In this document: positions 1 to 12,498 of the stretch, in pieces
Numbering within the stretch: position 1 is the first letter of the stretch
How the letters are laid out: the number at the start of each line of letters is the position of its first letter
Position numbers and translations under genes: made by a program
DNA from: Hormiphora californensis
Lineage: Eukaryota; Animalia; Ctenophora
Length of the DNA: 64,000 nucleotides
Assembly (NCBI GenBank): GCA_020137815.1
Contig: CM035350.1
Coordinates: 4,216,001 to 4,280,000 of the forward strand
Direction: 5' to 3'
The notes under the pieces: generated by a model
Told to the model about the DNA's origin: nothing
What the model saw: the letters and a program-made list of their open reading frames with translations, nothing else
The model's database searches: none

Positions 1-180
1 CCACTACTGTTCCCCTTCTAATACAACATGACATGCATTTTTGGGTCAACTACGGGGGGGGGGGGGGGGGGGTAGGGGTCAACTTCAGGTCCCATAATAT
101 CACAAAGAATAATGTATCAAAATAGTTCAAACTAAACACATTTACAACACTAAGACTAAACACTAAGATTCACAACCTAC

Positions 181-3100
181 CTCTGTAAGATCCTCCATGA
201 CAACAGGTTTGATATCGACAATGTTATAGCACACATTCGTGTACTCCATATGCCACAAATTAATCCGCAGGTCATCAGCCGAGAGGTACGTTTCATCATC
301 ACTGTTCAACGATATCGAGTTGATGTGGTACACATGAGCCTTATCGTACACTCTGAATAGTGGGAGGTGGGGTTAGGGGAGGGTGGTAGTTGATATGGTA
401 CACATGAGCCTTATCGTACACTCTGAATAGTGGGAGGTGGGGTTAGGGGGAGGGTGATAGTTGATATGGTACACATGAGCCTTATCGTACACTCTGAACA
501 GTGGGAGGTGGGGTTAGGGGGAGGGTGGTAGTTGATGTGGTACACATGAGCCTTATCGTACACTCTGAACAGTGGGAGGTGGGGTTAGGGGGAGGGTGGT
601 AGTTGATATGGTACACAAGAGCCTTATCGTACACTCTGAACAGTGGGAGGTGGGGTTAGGGGGAGGGTGGTAGTTGATGTGGTACACATGAGCCTTATCG
701 TACACTCTAAACAGTGGGAGGTGGGGTTAGGGGGAGGGTGGTAGTTGATATGGTACACATGAGCCTTATCGTACACTCTGAATAGTGGGAGGTGGGGTTA
801 GGGGAGGGTGGTAGTTGATGTGGTACACATGAGCCTTATCGTACACTCTGAATATTGGGAGGTGGGGTTAGGGGAGGGTGGTAGTTGATGTGGTACACAT
901 GAGTCTTATCGTACACTCTGAACAGTGGGAGGTGGGGTTAGGGTAGGGTGGTAGTTGATGTGGTACACATGAGCCTTATCGTACACTCTGAATAGTGGGA
1001 GGTGGGGTTAGGGGGAGGGTGGTAGTTGATGTGGTACACATGAGCCTTATCGTACACTCTGAATAGTGGGAGGTGGGGTTAGGGGTAGGGTGGTAGTTGA
1101 TGTGGTACACATGAGCCTTATCGTACACTCTGAACAGTGGGAGGTGGGGTTAGGGGGAGGGTGGTAGTTGATATGGTACACAAGAGCCTTATCGTACACT
1201 CTGAATAGTGGGAGGTGGGGTTAGGGGGAGGGTGGTAGTTGATGTGGTACACATGAGCCTTATCGTACACTCTGAACAGTGGGAGGTGGGGTTAGGGGGA
1301 GGGTGGTAGTTGATATGGTACACAAGAGCCTTATCGTACACTCTGAACGGTGGGAGGTGGGGTTAGGGGGAGGGTGGTAGTTGATATGGTACACATGAGC
1401 CTTATCGTACACTCTGAACAGTGGGAGGTGGGGTTAGGGGGAGGGTGGTAGTTGATGTGGTACACATGAGCCTTATCGTACACTCTGAATAGTGGGAGGT
1501 GGGGTTAGGGGGAGGGTGGTAGTTGATATGGTACACATGAGCCTTATCGTACACTCTGAACAGTGGGAGATGGGGTTAGGGGGAGGGTGGTAGTTGATAT
1601 GATACACATGAGCCTTATCGTACACTCTGAATAGTGGGAGGTGGGGTTAGGGGGAGGGTGGTAGTTGATATGGTACACATGAGCCTTATCGTACACTCTG
1701 AATATTGGGAGGTGGGGTTAGGGGGAGGGTGGTAGTTGATATGGTACACATGAGCCTTATCGTACACTCTGAATAGTGGGAGGTGGGGTTAGGGGGAGGG
1801 TGGTAGTTGATATGGTACACATGAGCCTTATCGTACACTCTGAATAGTGGGAGGTGGGGTTAGGGGGAGGGTGGTAGTTGATATGGTACACATGAGCCTT
1901 ATCGTACACTCTGAACAGTGGGAGGTGGGGTTAGGGGGAGGGTGGTAGTTGATATGGTACACATGAGCCTTATCGTACACTCTGAATAGTGGGAGGTGGG
2001 GTTAGGGGGAGGGTGATAGTTGATATGGTACACATGAGCCTTATCGTACACTCTGAACAGTGGGAGGTGGGGTTAGGGGGAGGGTGGTAGTTGATATGGT
2101 ACACATGAGCCTTATCGTACACTCTGAATAGTGGGAGGTGGGGTTAGGGGGAGGGTGGTAGTTGATGTGGTACACATGAGCCTTATCGTACACTCTGAAC
2201 AGTGGGAGGTGGGGTTAGGGTAGGGTGGTAGTTGATGTGGTACACATGAGTCTTATCGTACACTCTGAACAGTGGGAGGTGGGGTTAGGGTAGGGTGGTA
2301 GTTGATGTGGTACACATGAGCCTTATCGTACACTCTGAATAGTGGGAGGTGGGGTTAGGGGGAGGGTGGTAGTTGATATGGTACACATGAGCCTTATCGT
2401 ACACTCTGAATAGTGGGAGGTGGGGTTAGGGGAGGGTGGTAGTTGATGTGGTACACATGAGCCTTATCGTACACTCTGAACAGTGGGAGGTGGGGTTAGG
2501 GGGAGGGTGGTAGTTGATGTGGTACACATGAGCCTTATCGTACACTCTGAATAGTGGGAGGTGGGGTTAGGGGAGGGTGGTAGTTGATGTGGTACACATG
2601 AGCCTTATCGTACACTCTGAATAGTGGGAGGTGGGGTTAGGGGAGGGTGGTAGTTGATGTGGTACACATGAGCCTTATCGTACACTCCGAATAGTGGGAG
2701 GTGGGGTTAGGGGGAGGGTGGTAGTTGATGTGGTACATATGAGCCTTATCGTACACTCTGAAAGCCGAAAGGTGGGGTTAGAAGTAGAGTGAGGACTCCT
2801 CAGTGAGTAGTGGGCTTTATCACGTCAGTGATGGTGATTGCCTGACAGATCATGATCGATTATGGGTTTATTGATGATGTCATCATTTTAGATCTGGAAT
2901 AATGCCAACAACAACGTGACAGCATACTCCCACGTCCCGGACTTACTTTTTAGTGGTAGCCTCTACCAATATCTCATTGACTGGCACTAAGTGTGGTATC
3001 CGAAGGGTATTTATACTTTGTGTATCCCTCTGAACCCCGTACTCGTCGTGCAAATTAAAACCGTCCAACTTGTAACGTCGTTCCGAAACTTTCCACAACT

Positions 3101-5213
3101 TTATCACCTTATCTGAAGGGGTGGTGAACATGGTACTTAGGAGGAAGAAATTGAAATATATGCGGGCTGTGGGGGTATTATAGACTGTAGCTGTGACGCG
3201 ATATATGTATGTTGAGACAAAAAACATGCGACAGGTATCAGTTACCAGATAATACCAACTAGATAATACATATGAATAGTAGGTAGGAGAGACATATACA
3301 GCTGATCCGGAGAGACATACCATTAGTTGATAAGAGAAATAAGTTGTTATTTTGCCTTTTTAGCCACTGAATCTCATTAATCTTTTCTTCTATCTCTATA
3401 CTTTTTAAGTAGTCAAATTGGGGTTCATGACTTTGAAACGTACTGTATACACTGTACTCCCCCTTAGCCTGCGAGAATCGTTAGAGTTGGGGTTATAGTT
3501 GCAGAATAGTTCGCTCTAATAACAAGATTCGCATACTTTGAAACAGAGTAAGGAAGGTGATTAAATGTTACATACCCCTAAGTCTTTTTGAAAGATAACT
3601 ACGCGGCCACCTTTGTCACCGGTGGCCAAAAACTCGCCGTCATGATTAAACTGAACTGTCGATATTATATCGGCTGAAATAAATGAGGGTTACAAACAAA
3701 GAACACTGAACAGACGCCTGACGCAATGACTACTTGTCTCCTTACATTGTCTTTGTTTTTACTCTCGCTTCCGCTGCCATTTTGGACTATCACCGCACAT
3801 GAATTGCCAGTTCTTCTTCTCCCAACTACCCAATTTCAGTAAACACTACCCCCACCCCCGGCCTTGTTTAGTAAATGTCCCGACACACGTCTATTTCGGC
3901 AAATTTGTACTGGCCTCAAGCTTCTACTTTCCACCTCCCACCCCCTCCGCCCCTCCCCTCCGCCCCACCCACCTCCCCCACCCTGGCCCTTCCCAATTTA
4001 GAGCAGTTTCTTATATACCTCGCTACAGAGACAATCCTTGTGTTTTGGTGCACTAAGTCGCTTATCGCGTGTAACAACTCACAAATTGTCTTATCTGCCC
4101 CGCCCTTATTTGTGTTTGATCGTTCTCGTGTATCTTTACCTCTACTGTAAAAGATATACCTCTCATCTCATCACCAAGACGTCACAGTTAGTACCCATCA
4201 CATCCATCAATGTCGTAAGTTTGTCAGTCCGTACTGTTTGTTGTTGATACACCGCTCACCAATACTCGCTCAATATCACACATACATATACACTGTATAT
4301 TATACAGCCCTTTCACGGTCGCAATTCAAGTTTTAATCACATGACTAATTAGAGCAGACATAGGTCGAGACGCTCGCTCAAATCCATCATCATCCACAAC
4401 CACTCGAAACCGTGTAAAAACCAATGTTTTTCATTTCGACAGTTCACTATAGTATTTCTAGTCAATTACCGCATTTCATTCACTAAATGCTTGATCGCTC
4501 ATTTAAAATCCACTATCACGCACCATCGCACTAAACTGTGTATTCGCTCAATAAAAGAAAATCTTCAGAGTCGCTCAAAAATTGCGTAAACTGTTGTTTC
4601 ACTTCTAATTTTATGTTGATCACAATTCACTCATTCAATGTTTTTATTTAAGATTCGTTAATGAATTCATTCCAAACACATTCATGATTCATTCATAATT
4701 TGTTAATGTTTCATATGTTTATATATTGTACATGTACACCTTATTTTATTATTGATGAGAATATTATATAATGATTTGATTTGATTAGCTTTGATTGATT
4801 GTTACTGAGAACAATTTAATTTTAAGATCTAGAAGTATGATTTCATATTCTTTCACCGACGACAGACAGAAGACGATCTGGTGGTGATTCCGAAAGGATG
4901 ATCCGGCACTATGCTGTCTCGCCTGTTCGGCGAGACTTGGCTGTGTGACTGTTTACAGTCCCAGATGAGTGGTCCAAACCAAACCAAACCAAACGCCTGA
5001 CGCAATTATATTAGTTGAAATGAACAAACCACTTTTAAACAGGGTATATATCGCCACACCAAAATGACTTTTTGAAATTGTGATAAACACCTTACCGTCC
5101 GATACATCTTCTTCGACTGTCCCCTTGACTTGTGAGAAATACCACTGTAGTTCATTATTACTAGTTATGTTTGGTCCGTTCGCACCTGGTGGAGATGGAA
5201 CTGGGACATTCAT
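181..5213 (-). CDS. PPP2R2: PP2A regulatory subunit B55 (5' part; gene continues left of the window)
   Basis: Exons at about 5213-5096 (QWYFSQVKG), 3673-3575 ([29 protein letters not shown]), 3468-3321 ([24 protein letters not shown]), 3113-2947 ([12 protein letters not shown]) and 352-181 ([30 protein letters not shown]). These are diagnostic B55 motifs with GT-AG introns. Confidence 0.95.
319..2762. repeat. Minisatellite, 70-71 bp unit, about 35 copies, each containing a branch point, acceptor AG and the first 34 nt of a PP2A exon
   Basis: Unit gttgatRtggtacacatgagccttatcgtacactctgaaYagtgggaggtggggttaggg(g)gagggtggta is directly visible. Confidence 0.97.
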
Positions 5214-5580
5214 TGGTGGTCAAGTGTCGAGTTAAAACATCTGATCGCTCTCTATCCCTGTGTTTTATACTTACTTGATGCCATTAAAAACTTTAGTGCC
5301 CTAAATACTGAAATAGCGGGGTTAGAAGATGGGAGATTGGGGAAGAGGGGATGAAGGGCCATGGAAAAACCAATTAAAAACAACAATTCTGTTAAACGTA
5401 ACTAAAAGAAACATACATTTTAACAATTAACATAACCATACTAAACGGTAACAATAACGTAATAATATATTATTTTCATAGAAAAAAAGATGTGACATAA
5501 TATATACTTTTTAAAAGAAAACTGATAACTAACTTCTTATCATAAGAAGGAAAAAACTTAAACCATGCTCTGGTTTGGCC

Positions 5581-6756
5581 TCATTTGATTCTCTGAAAAC
5601 CAGAGAACTCTCTAATTAGATAAAACTCCCCATTTTCACAGTAAAACATGACTAGTTTTTCTCCTTCAAACCCTGAATAATATGTAACCCGTCCACTCTC
5701 ATCAAAAACTACAATTTTTATACCCGTTTTCATCTCCAAATCTTCGCTGCTTTCATAAACAGATAAATCATATTTTTTTCTAAAATCCTGAAGTAGCAAT
5801 TTCTTAGACCGGTCCTGTCTTTGAATAGTCGTAAATTGTGACTTTGTGGGGTTTTCGATACTCCATAATTTTGTCATTATGGCCAATCCAATTTGGACCG
5901 TGCCGCAGATAGCTATTGACCTTTTCTTTTTTCGGTCCCGATTCCCCCATCGCTTAATAGAATTTGCCTTGGTCTTTATCCTTATTTTGATACAAGTAAA
6001 TCTCATCGACAGTTTCTTAAAATCAAAGTCTAAATCGGAGGATTTTTCAAGTTTGCTCCATTCTCCATCTTCTCCTGATCCTCTTTTGTACAATTCGATA
6101 CTTGTAACGTGTTTACCAATGACACATTTAGCTACCTCCTTATAGTCAATAGTTAGATTGGCAGCACCCGTAATAATTATCTCACCTTTGTCAGCAGTAA
6201 AATCACCCACGGTTATCCCACACTCGGCGTTATAATAACTTTGAGAACAGGTATTATCACCCACGCTTGTCTCATTTTCAGCAGGGGAATCAGGGATAAA
6301 CCCACTGTCATTACTGGGTTGAGGGCTGATCGGGCTGTCCGCTATACTGGGTTGAGGGCTGTCCGCTACAACACTGGGTTGAGGGCTGTCTGCTACACTG
6401 AGTTGAGGGCTGTCCGCTATAACACTGGGTTGAGGGCTGTCCGCTACACTGAGTTGGGGGCTGATCGGACTGTCTGCTACACTGAGTTGAGGGCTGATCG
6501 GGCTGTCCGCTATAACACTGTCTCTGTCTGACACCATCTCAGAGTCAAACCGTAACTCAGAATAATTTTTATTAAACAATCGCCAAGGATCACTTGCACT
6601 GTCATAGTCCATGTTTTCATTATATTCAAAAAAATTGGTGGAGCCTGCAGACATATTTGTCGGCATTGGTATGTAATCCTCGTGGGTTGGGGTCGACCCC
6701 GGGTCATCAAGGGAAATGCCAGAGTCCTCTCGCATACGGGTTTTCACCACTTCCAT
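5581..6756 (-). CDS. Intronless 391-aa ORF with internal SVADSP(ISP)Q repeats; C-terminus resembles the N-terminal region of Polinton-type protein-primed PolB
   Basis: ORF track; tandem repeats at about 6313-6520. The pattern EDLE..TGIKIVVFD...TYYSG...KLVMFYCENGEFYLIREFSGF resembles Polinton PolB N-terminal segments by eye only. Confidence 0.4.
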   Translation of the reverse strand: MEVVKTRMREDSGISLDDPGSTPTHEDYIPMPTNMSAGSTNFFEYNENMDYDSASDPWRLFNKNYSELRFDSEMVSDRDSVIADSPISPQLSVADSPISPQLSVADSPQPSVIADSPQLSVADSPQPSVVADSPQPSIADSPISPQPSNDSGFIPDSPAENETSVGDNTCSQSYYNAECGITVGDFTADKGEIIITGAANLTIDYKEVAKCVIGKHVTSIELYKRGSGEDGEWSKLEKSSDLDFDFKKLSMRFTCIKIRIKTKANSIKRWGNRDRKKKRSIAICGTVQIGLAIMTKLWSIENPTKSQFTTIQRQDRSKKLLLQDFRKKYDLSVYESSEDLEMKTGIKIVVFDESGRVTYYSGFEGEKLVMFYCENGEFYLIREFSGFQRIK

Positions 6757-7498
6757 TATACCGGCGACAATCAGCTATTTGAGAGTATAAATTTGTTAGT
6801 GTAAAGACTAACATATATTATGTATCTGCAAGAGTGCAAGAAAATGTTAGCGTATATATAAAGAATAACATATATTATGTATCTGCAAGAGTGCAAGAAA
6901 ATGTGCAACATGATAGCATACAGCGGATAAAATAAACAATCCTGGTGTGTGTGCTCAAAATAAGGGTTGTGTATTGATGGGGTAAAATTGCTATGGCCAC
7001 AACTAAGCGCTAGAATCACAAAATTAAGCCTGGAATATTCGGTACATGTATATTTCAAGGCCGGAAATTAGGTCAGCTACATTGCTACATGGATTCTGCT
7101 TTTAAAACTAACCCGTAGATACTTTAGAATGATAGTTGATACAAGTTATCAGTGAAAACTGCAATTGGTTTGCACCAAAACCCTGAAATTTAGAATTGAT
7201 TAATCGTAACAAAGCGGTTGATAACATCACCGAAAGTAGTATCGGGTGAGACTCGGCTGCCGCAAAACATCTATTAGAGATGGCACACAATAATCACGAA
7301 GCTTGAAGCTTAATAACATCGAGATTAGTCGTTTAGTAGTGTTGAATTTGTTGCAGCTCGCAGATTACTCATATAGACTTAAGCTTAATCGGAAAATCGA
7401 CACAAGCAGTTGTAAGCAGCCCCAGGACCCACACCAATCACCATCAAGTGCAAGGGGACCTACAGACAAGAAATGTCCTGAAATTGAGTAATCAAAGG

Positions 7499-8554
7499 CG
7501 AGAATAAAGTTTGTAGTGGGGTTGTGTTGAACAAAATGTTCGTGAGACTATGTATAGGCTGCAGTTTCAACCAACATGATCATAATTGAACATTTACTAT
7601 TCCACTTTATCGTCTTACTATTGGAAAATCTATCAACTCTCACAAGTATTACTGTAACCAGTAACAGGTGTGTTTGTTTCCAAACACCAGTTTCAAGAAT
7701 CAATACAAATAAAAGCTGGTCTAAAGACTCAAGCGACTAACACTAACGCACAATCCCACAATCACCATTGGGGAATTGAAAACCCGGGTTTCAAGGTACG
7801 CAGCCTCTAAGCTAAGCTCGGAGCTCCCTTCACGTTCGATGCGATGGTCCACGGACGAAGGGACTGTTGGCAAATGCTACAGACACAGTGCGGGATAAGG
7901 CAGGCGGCAGCACTTTCAATGCAAAGTCTTTTATTAAAACTGGTCACCTCCCCTGATTTTCCGTTTTCGCAAAGTTTAATTCTGCGGCATCTCTGGTTCC
8001 TGATAATGAACTTTTTTAATCATTTTTAATACAACCGGGATGAAGTCTCTGATCAGCAACCCGAGTCATCGTTAGAAACGTAAAAAAGGGTGTGAATTGT
8101 GAAGTTGGAGAAAAGCCGAAAGCGGACGTGAGTGACAGGATTTTAGAGCGAACAAAAAACAGGAAAGTGAAAATCCACGCAGCTTGTTTTGCGTTTTGGT
8201 GGTGCAGTGGAGCTGGAGTTCATAAACGCTAAGCCGCGCCTGCAGCTCATCGCGCTGCATGTCCTGTTGTGGAGCGGAGCTTGAGGGATCTTCACTGCGG
8301 ACTTTTATGCTGCGCGTCGCCAAGTAAATTAAAAAAATTAAAATTAAGTTTGCTTTTCGAGTTTGCTTTTCGAGAATAAAGTTTGTAGTGGGGTTGTGTT
8401 GAACAAAATGTTCGTGAGACTATGTATAGGCTGCAGTTTCAACCAACATGATCATAATTGAACATTTACTATTCCACTTTATCGTCTTACTATTGGAAAA
8501 TCTATCAACTCTCACAAGTATTACTGTAACAACTAACAGGTGTGTTTGTTTCCA
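7499..8554. repeat. Direct repeat of about 185 bp (7499-7683 and 8371-8554)
   Basis: cgagaataaagtttgtagtgggg...ggtgtgtttgtttccaa occurs twice with about 2 mismatches. Confidence 0.9.
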
Positions 8555-9870
8555 ACCAAGTACGAACACTGTCCCAGATCGCTGCTACGGAACCACAGTG
8601 TGCTTACAGTGGGTATACCTTCGGTCTGTCCAAGAAATGGCTTTTTCTGATGCGGACAACAGAGGGGATTGAAGAACAGTTTGCACCTCTAGAGAACATC
8701 ATCAAGTCATCTTTCATTCCAGCTCTTATGGGTTCCAACACCCCTAGCCATCTGAGGTATATTGCTGCCCTACCTGCTCGAGACGGCGGGCTAGCTATCC
8801 CCATCCCAACCACACAGGCTAGTGCTGAATTTGCGAACTCTACACAGGCTACAGAACCACTGAAACAGCTGATCCTTGAACAATCTCTTCTTATCAGCGA
8901 AAAACGTGCTGAATCATGCCTTTGGGAAGCGAAAGGAGCGAAGGGGAATGTACTAAAACTAAAACGAACTATTCAAAATGCCGAAAAACAACAGGCGTGT
9001 TCACTTCTGTCCGGTACTGACAGGCGTCTATTCGACGAAATATCATCTAGGGGAGCTTCAAGCTGGTTAACAGCTCTGCCTTTGAAAGAGCACGGTTTCG
9101 TCCTCAACAAACAGCAATACCGGGACGCCATCTTGGTGCGATACAACCTTCCCCTCGAAGATGTGCCTATTGCATGTGCATGTGGCAAGGCGAACACTCT
9201 CGAGCACTGTCTCTCGTGTGCCCTCGGAGGATACGTGTATTTAAGGCACAACAATATCCGTGACCTTACAGCTAACATCCTCGTGGAAGCCGGCTGCAAA
9301 GATGTCCGCATTGAGCCGCAGCTCCTACCCATAACTGGTGAAACATTCCAATACCGTTCTACTAACACTGCTAACAGTGCCCGTTTGGATGTTTCTGCCC
9401 GTAATGTGTGGAGTGACTTGGACAAAGTTTACACTGACATCCGTGTATTCAACAGTCTTGCGCCAACCAACATCGGCAAGTCCCTCCAGGACACTATGAG
9501 GAGACACGAGAGGGAAAAGGTATTGAATTACAACGACAGAGTCCTTCAGGTCGAGAAGGCAACTTTCACACCCCTAGTCTTCTCAACAACTGGGGTTATG
9601 GGCCCCCAAGCGGAGGTGTTCTACAAGAAGGTTGCTAAACTTCTATCTGACAAAACGGGACACACCTACAACGATGCCATTCGGTACATTCGTCTCCGTC
9701 TGTCTTTCTCGCTGCTGAAGACCATTCTCATCGCCATCAGGGGCAACAAATGGACACACTTTTGTAGCAAAACAAACGATTTTCATCTTATTATCTGATT
9801 TATTTATACTTAACTTATTACACCCGTAAGAGTAAATTTTATTTTTATACCTATTCATGTAAATAATATT
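8555..9870 (+). mobile_element. 5'-truncated CRE-like non-LTR retrotransposon (RT thumb, zinc knuckle, restriction-like endonuclease)
   Basis: ORF 8542-9798 contains CACG...HCLSC..GG...RHNNIRD, RLDV..D.RVF, HEREK..Y and FTPLVFSTTG.MG. The RT catalytic core is absent and the 3' boundary is approximate. Confidence 0.85.
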
Positions 9871-11043
9871 GTACTGACATATATTCTATTTGAACCGGTA
9901 CCCCGGCCTTCGCAAAAGGCACAGGGCACAGGGCATCTTTGTTTGATTTCTTGCCCATTTTTTTCAACAGTTCACTCCCTTAAAAAGTGTTGTCTTATGC
10001 CGCAGCCTACAGTCTGTACTGCTTGTATTGTTCATAGGTGCAACAGCACAATGTACTGCGTAACATATGCCAATTCACCCCTTTTTACGTTTCTAGATTA
10101 GGTAGCTTATTTTTGGGTCAATTGGAATTTGGTGGTGGTGGTGGTGGTGGAGCGGGGGGGGGGGGGGGTCTTTTTTGGAACTCGGGCCTCGGCGAAAAAT
10201 CACGTAAAAGGAACACGTGTGTGGGTGTACCATAAGTATTCTGTTAGGACACGGAGATTTAAGGGGAGAGAGACAAGATAAGAATTGCTACACAATTCAC
10301 CACTTCTAGTACACCACGAACGTCCCTGGCGATTTATAATAAAATCAGAATAAATTAAGTTACTCTAAAATCGATTTCAATAGTAATCCCTAAAAAGTTC
10401 AGTATTTACACAGTGTTTACACCAGTTAAGCCATTTTGGTTTTTAGGGATCCCTATCGGCAGGGAAAAGTAGGAGAAAGTGATACTTTAGAGAGTGCGTT
10501 GGCACCATTTTTCTGGGTATATATTCACTATTGAGTGGGATATTAAGTGCATAATTTACATTTATACAACTCGCCTCTTAGTTCCCCCAATGCAACTAAG
10601 GTAGATCTTAGCAGACTAAATCTTAACTTTTGTGTTTTTGAAACTGAAAAATATATTTTAAATTTCGAAGATCTCTACAGCTGTCACAGCCAAGCTGTGT
10701 TCTTCCTTATCTCCAAATTTGATGTCTTAGCAGGGGCTGGAGCTATTACTTGTCACGCTAAAATGGGAGGGGGCGGTGGACCGTTAAAGTAAGAGTGGTG
10801 CACCGTGTTTTCTCACAAATCTTAGTGGAACGAGACAGAATTAGAAATTGTCGATACCGTAGCAATGGTCCTGATGGTTCTCCCCGCTCATCCATTAAGT
10901 TTTGTGAGAAAACACGGCGTGTCACTCTTACTTTAACAACATTCGAATTTATCTATATTTTGTATTGGATTTTCACAGGCATAGAAGTCCAAATGATTTA
11001 TCTTGATCCCCTTGAACATTTTAGATAACATTTTAGGTAAGTT

Positions 11044-11799
11044 ATGTTCCTCAGTATCCGCCGTTTGTCATCAGCACCTGCGGTGAGTAAGAAAGTGCTT
11101 CAATCCCTCCGGAGTGAGACGGGCCTACCCTTCATAAAAATCAAGGAAGCTCTTCAAGTGACAAACAATAATGCGGAGGAAGCGAAGGAGTGGTTACTGG
11201 CCCAGGCGGCACAGCATAATTGGACTAAAGCGGAAAAGTTGAAGGAACGGACCACTAGTCAGGGATTAGTTGGTATTTACACCACCCCTGAGCGTGTTTC
11301 CATGGTGTCCCTGCTCTGTGAAACGGACTTTGTTTGTAGGAACTCTAAATTCCTGAACCTCTTGCACCACTCCCTTGAAACTGTTTCAGAGCATGATGTT
11401 TCCTCGGTCGACCAAGCTCTGACTCTTCCAATTTCTACGGATCGAGAACCTCTTGGTGAGGCAATAATTTCAACGGTCGGCTCGCTAGGAGAGAACATTA
11501 AACTGAGCGGTGTTTATAGTACCCCAGCAACCCCCGGTACCGGCACCTATCTTCACCGTAGGGTGGAGAGTGATATTGCGGGACTGCAACTAGGTACAAT
11601 CGGTGTTGTTGTGTCTTGTGATGTGATGCCTGCTGATCCACGGCCGGTAAATCAGATATCACAACACATCGCTGGGTCCTCTGATTTGAACAATTTGTCC
11701 GATCAGCCGTTATTGCAAGATGAAACTGTCACAGTAGGTCAGTTGTGCGAGACACACGGATTTAAAGTTCTTGATTTTTGTAAGCTTTCAGTTGGATAA
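11044..11799 (+). CDS. TSFM: Mitochondrial elongation factor Ts (intronless)
   Basis: Transit-like N-terminus, LRSETGLPFIKIKEAL, QGLVG, CETDFV.RN, GENIKL, QISQHIAG. Confidence 0.93.
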   Translation: MFLSIRRLSSAPAVSKKVLQSLRSETGLPFIKIKEALQVTNNNAEEAKEWLLAQAAQHNWTKAEKLKERTTSQGLVGIYTTPERVSMVSLLCETDFVCRNSKFLNLLHHSLETVSEHDVSSVDQALTLPISTDREPLGEAIISTVGSLGENIKLSGVYSTPATPGTGTYLHRRVESDIAGLQLGTIGVVVSCDVMPADPRPVNQISQHIAGSSDLNNLSDQPLLQDETVTVGQLCETHGFKVLDFCKLSVG

Positions 11800-12414
11800 T
11801 TTGTTATGTCGTATCATGTGTCAAAATGTTTTATACCACTGCTAAACCATTATCTGATTATCATCTTACCCCTCTTTTTATCTCCCGCCCTATCTTTTTC
11901 TGTCCTAGTGAATTTACCCGCCTTCTTATCATCAAATATCCCATCTAACCCCACTGACTCTCTAGCATTATGGCCTCGCACGTCAGGGGCCAGCAATATT
12001 GGGCCGCCGCGGGTACGACCCTCAGTAGAGCAGGTTCAACTGCACGAAATGGCCTCAGCAGCTTCTTTGGTATAAACAGAGAGAGCAGGGACATTTGGTC
12101 GGGTCGATTTAAACAGCGGGTTAATGTAAGTAGCTCACATCGACGATAATTGCCCATTTGTAACATCCCGAGTAACTGTCTCTAGTTTATCACTTTGGCA
12201 GTCAATACGGTATTTCATCCATATGCCCTGACAATATGGACCCATTATAAACAATACCACAAAATTCACACTAATCCACTCTACATATAATAACGTGGGA
12301 CCGTGAAATGTTTAAATTTTCAACAAACAATAATATCGGTCCCAACGCGTTAACTGAACGACATCAAATTATTATCTTCTACTTGATACACATTTCGTCG
12401 TTCTCATATCCCCC

Positions 12415-12498
12415 TTGTTATGTTCTAACCCTCCTTGTTCTAACCCTCCTTTACATTTGTTTCCCGGGCGGGGCGCACGAAACAGAGTCTAGCTAGGC
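12415..12498 (+). mobile_element. Short dispersed element of about 80 bp (TTGTTATGTTCTAACCC...GGCAA); related copies at 12706-12736 (partial, inverted), about 23591-23663 (inverted) and 24128-24207
   Basis: Shared sequence among the copies; the 24128 copy is flanked by the direct repeat tacttgcc. Confidence 0.6.

Noticed and set aside
319-2762. CRISPR-like array
   Set aside because: No unique spacers, eukaryotic context, and units are near-identical along their full length.
7770-7825. tRNA or tRNA-derived SINE on the minus strand
   Set aside because: Only an imperfect B-box-like motif; no cloverleaf.
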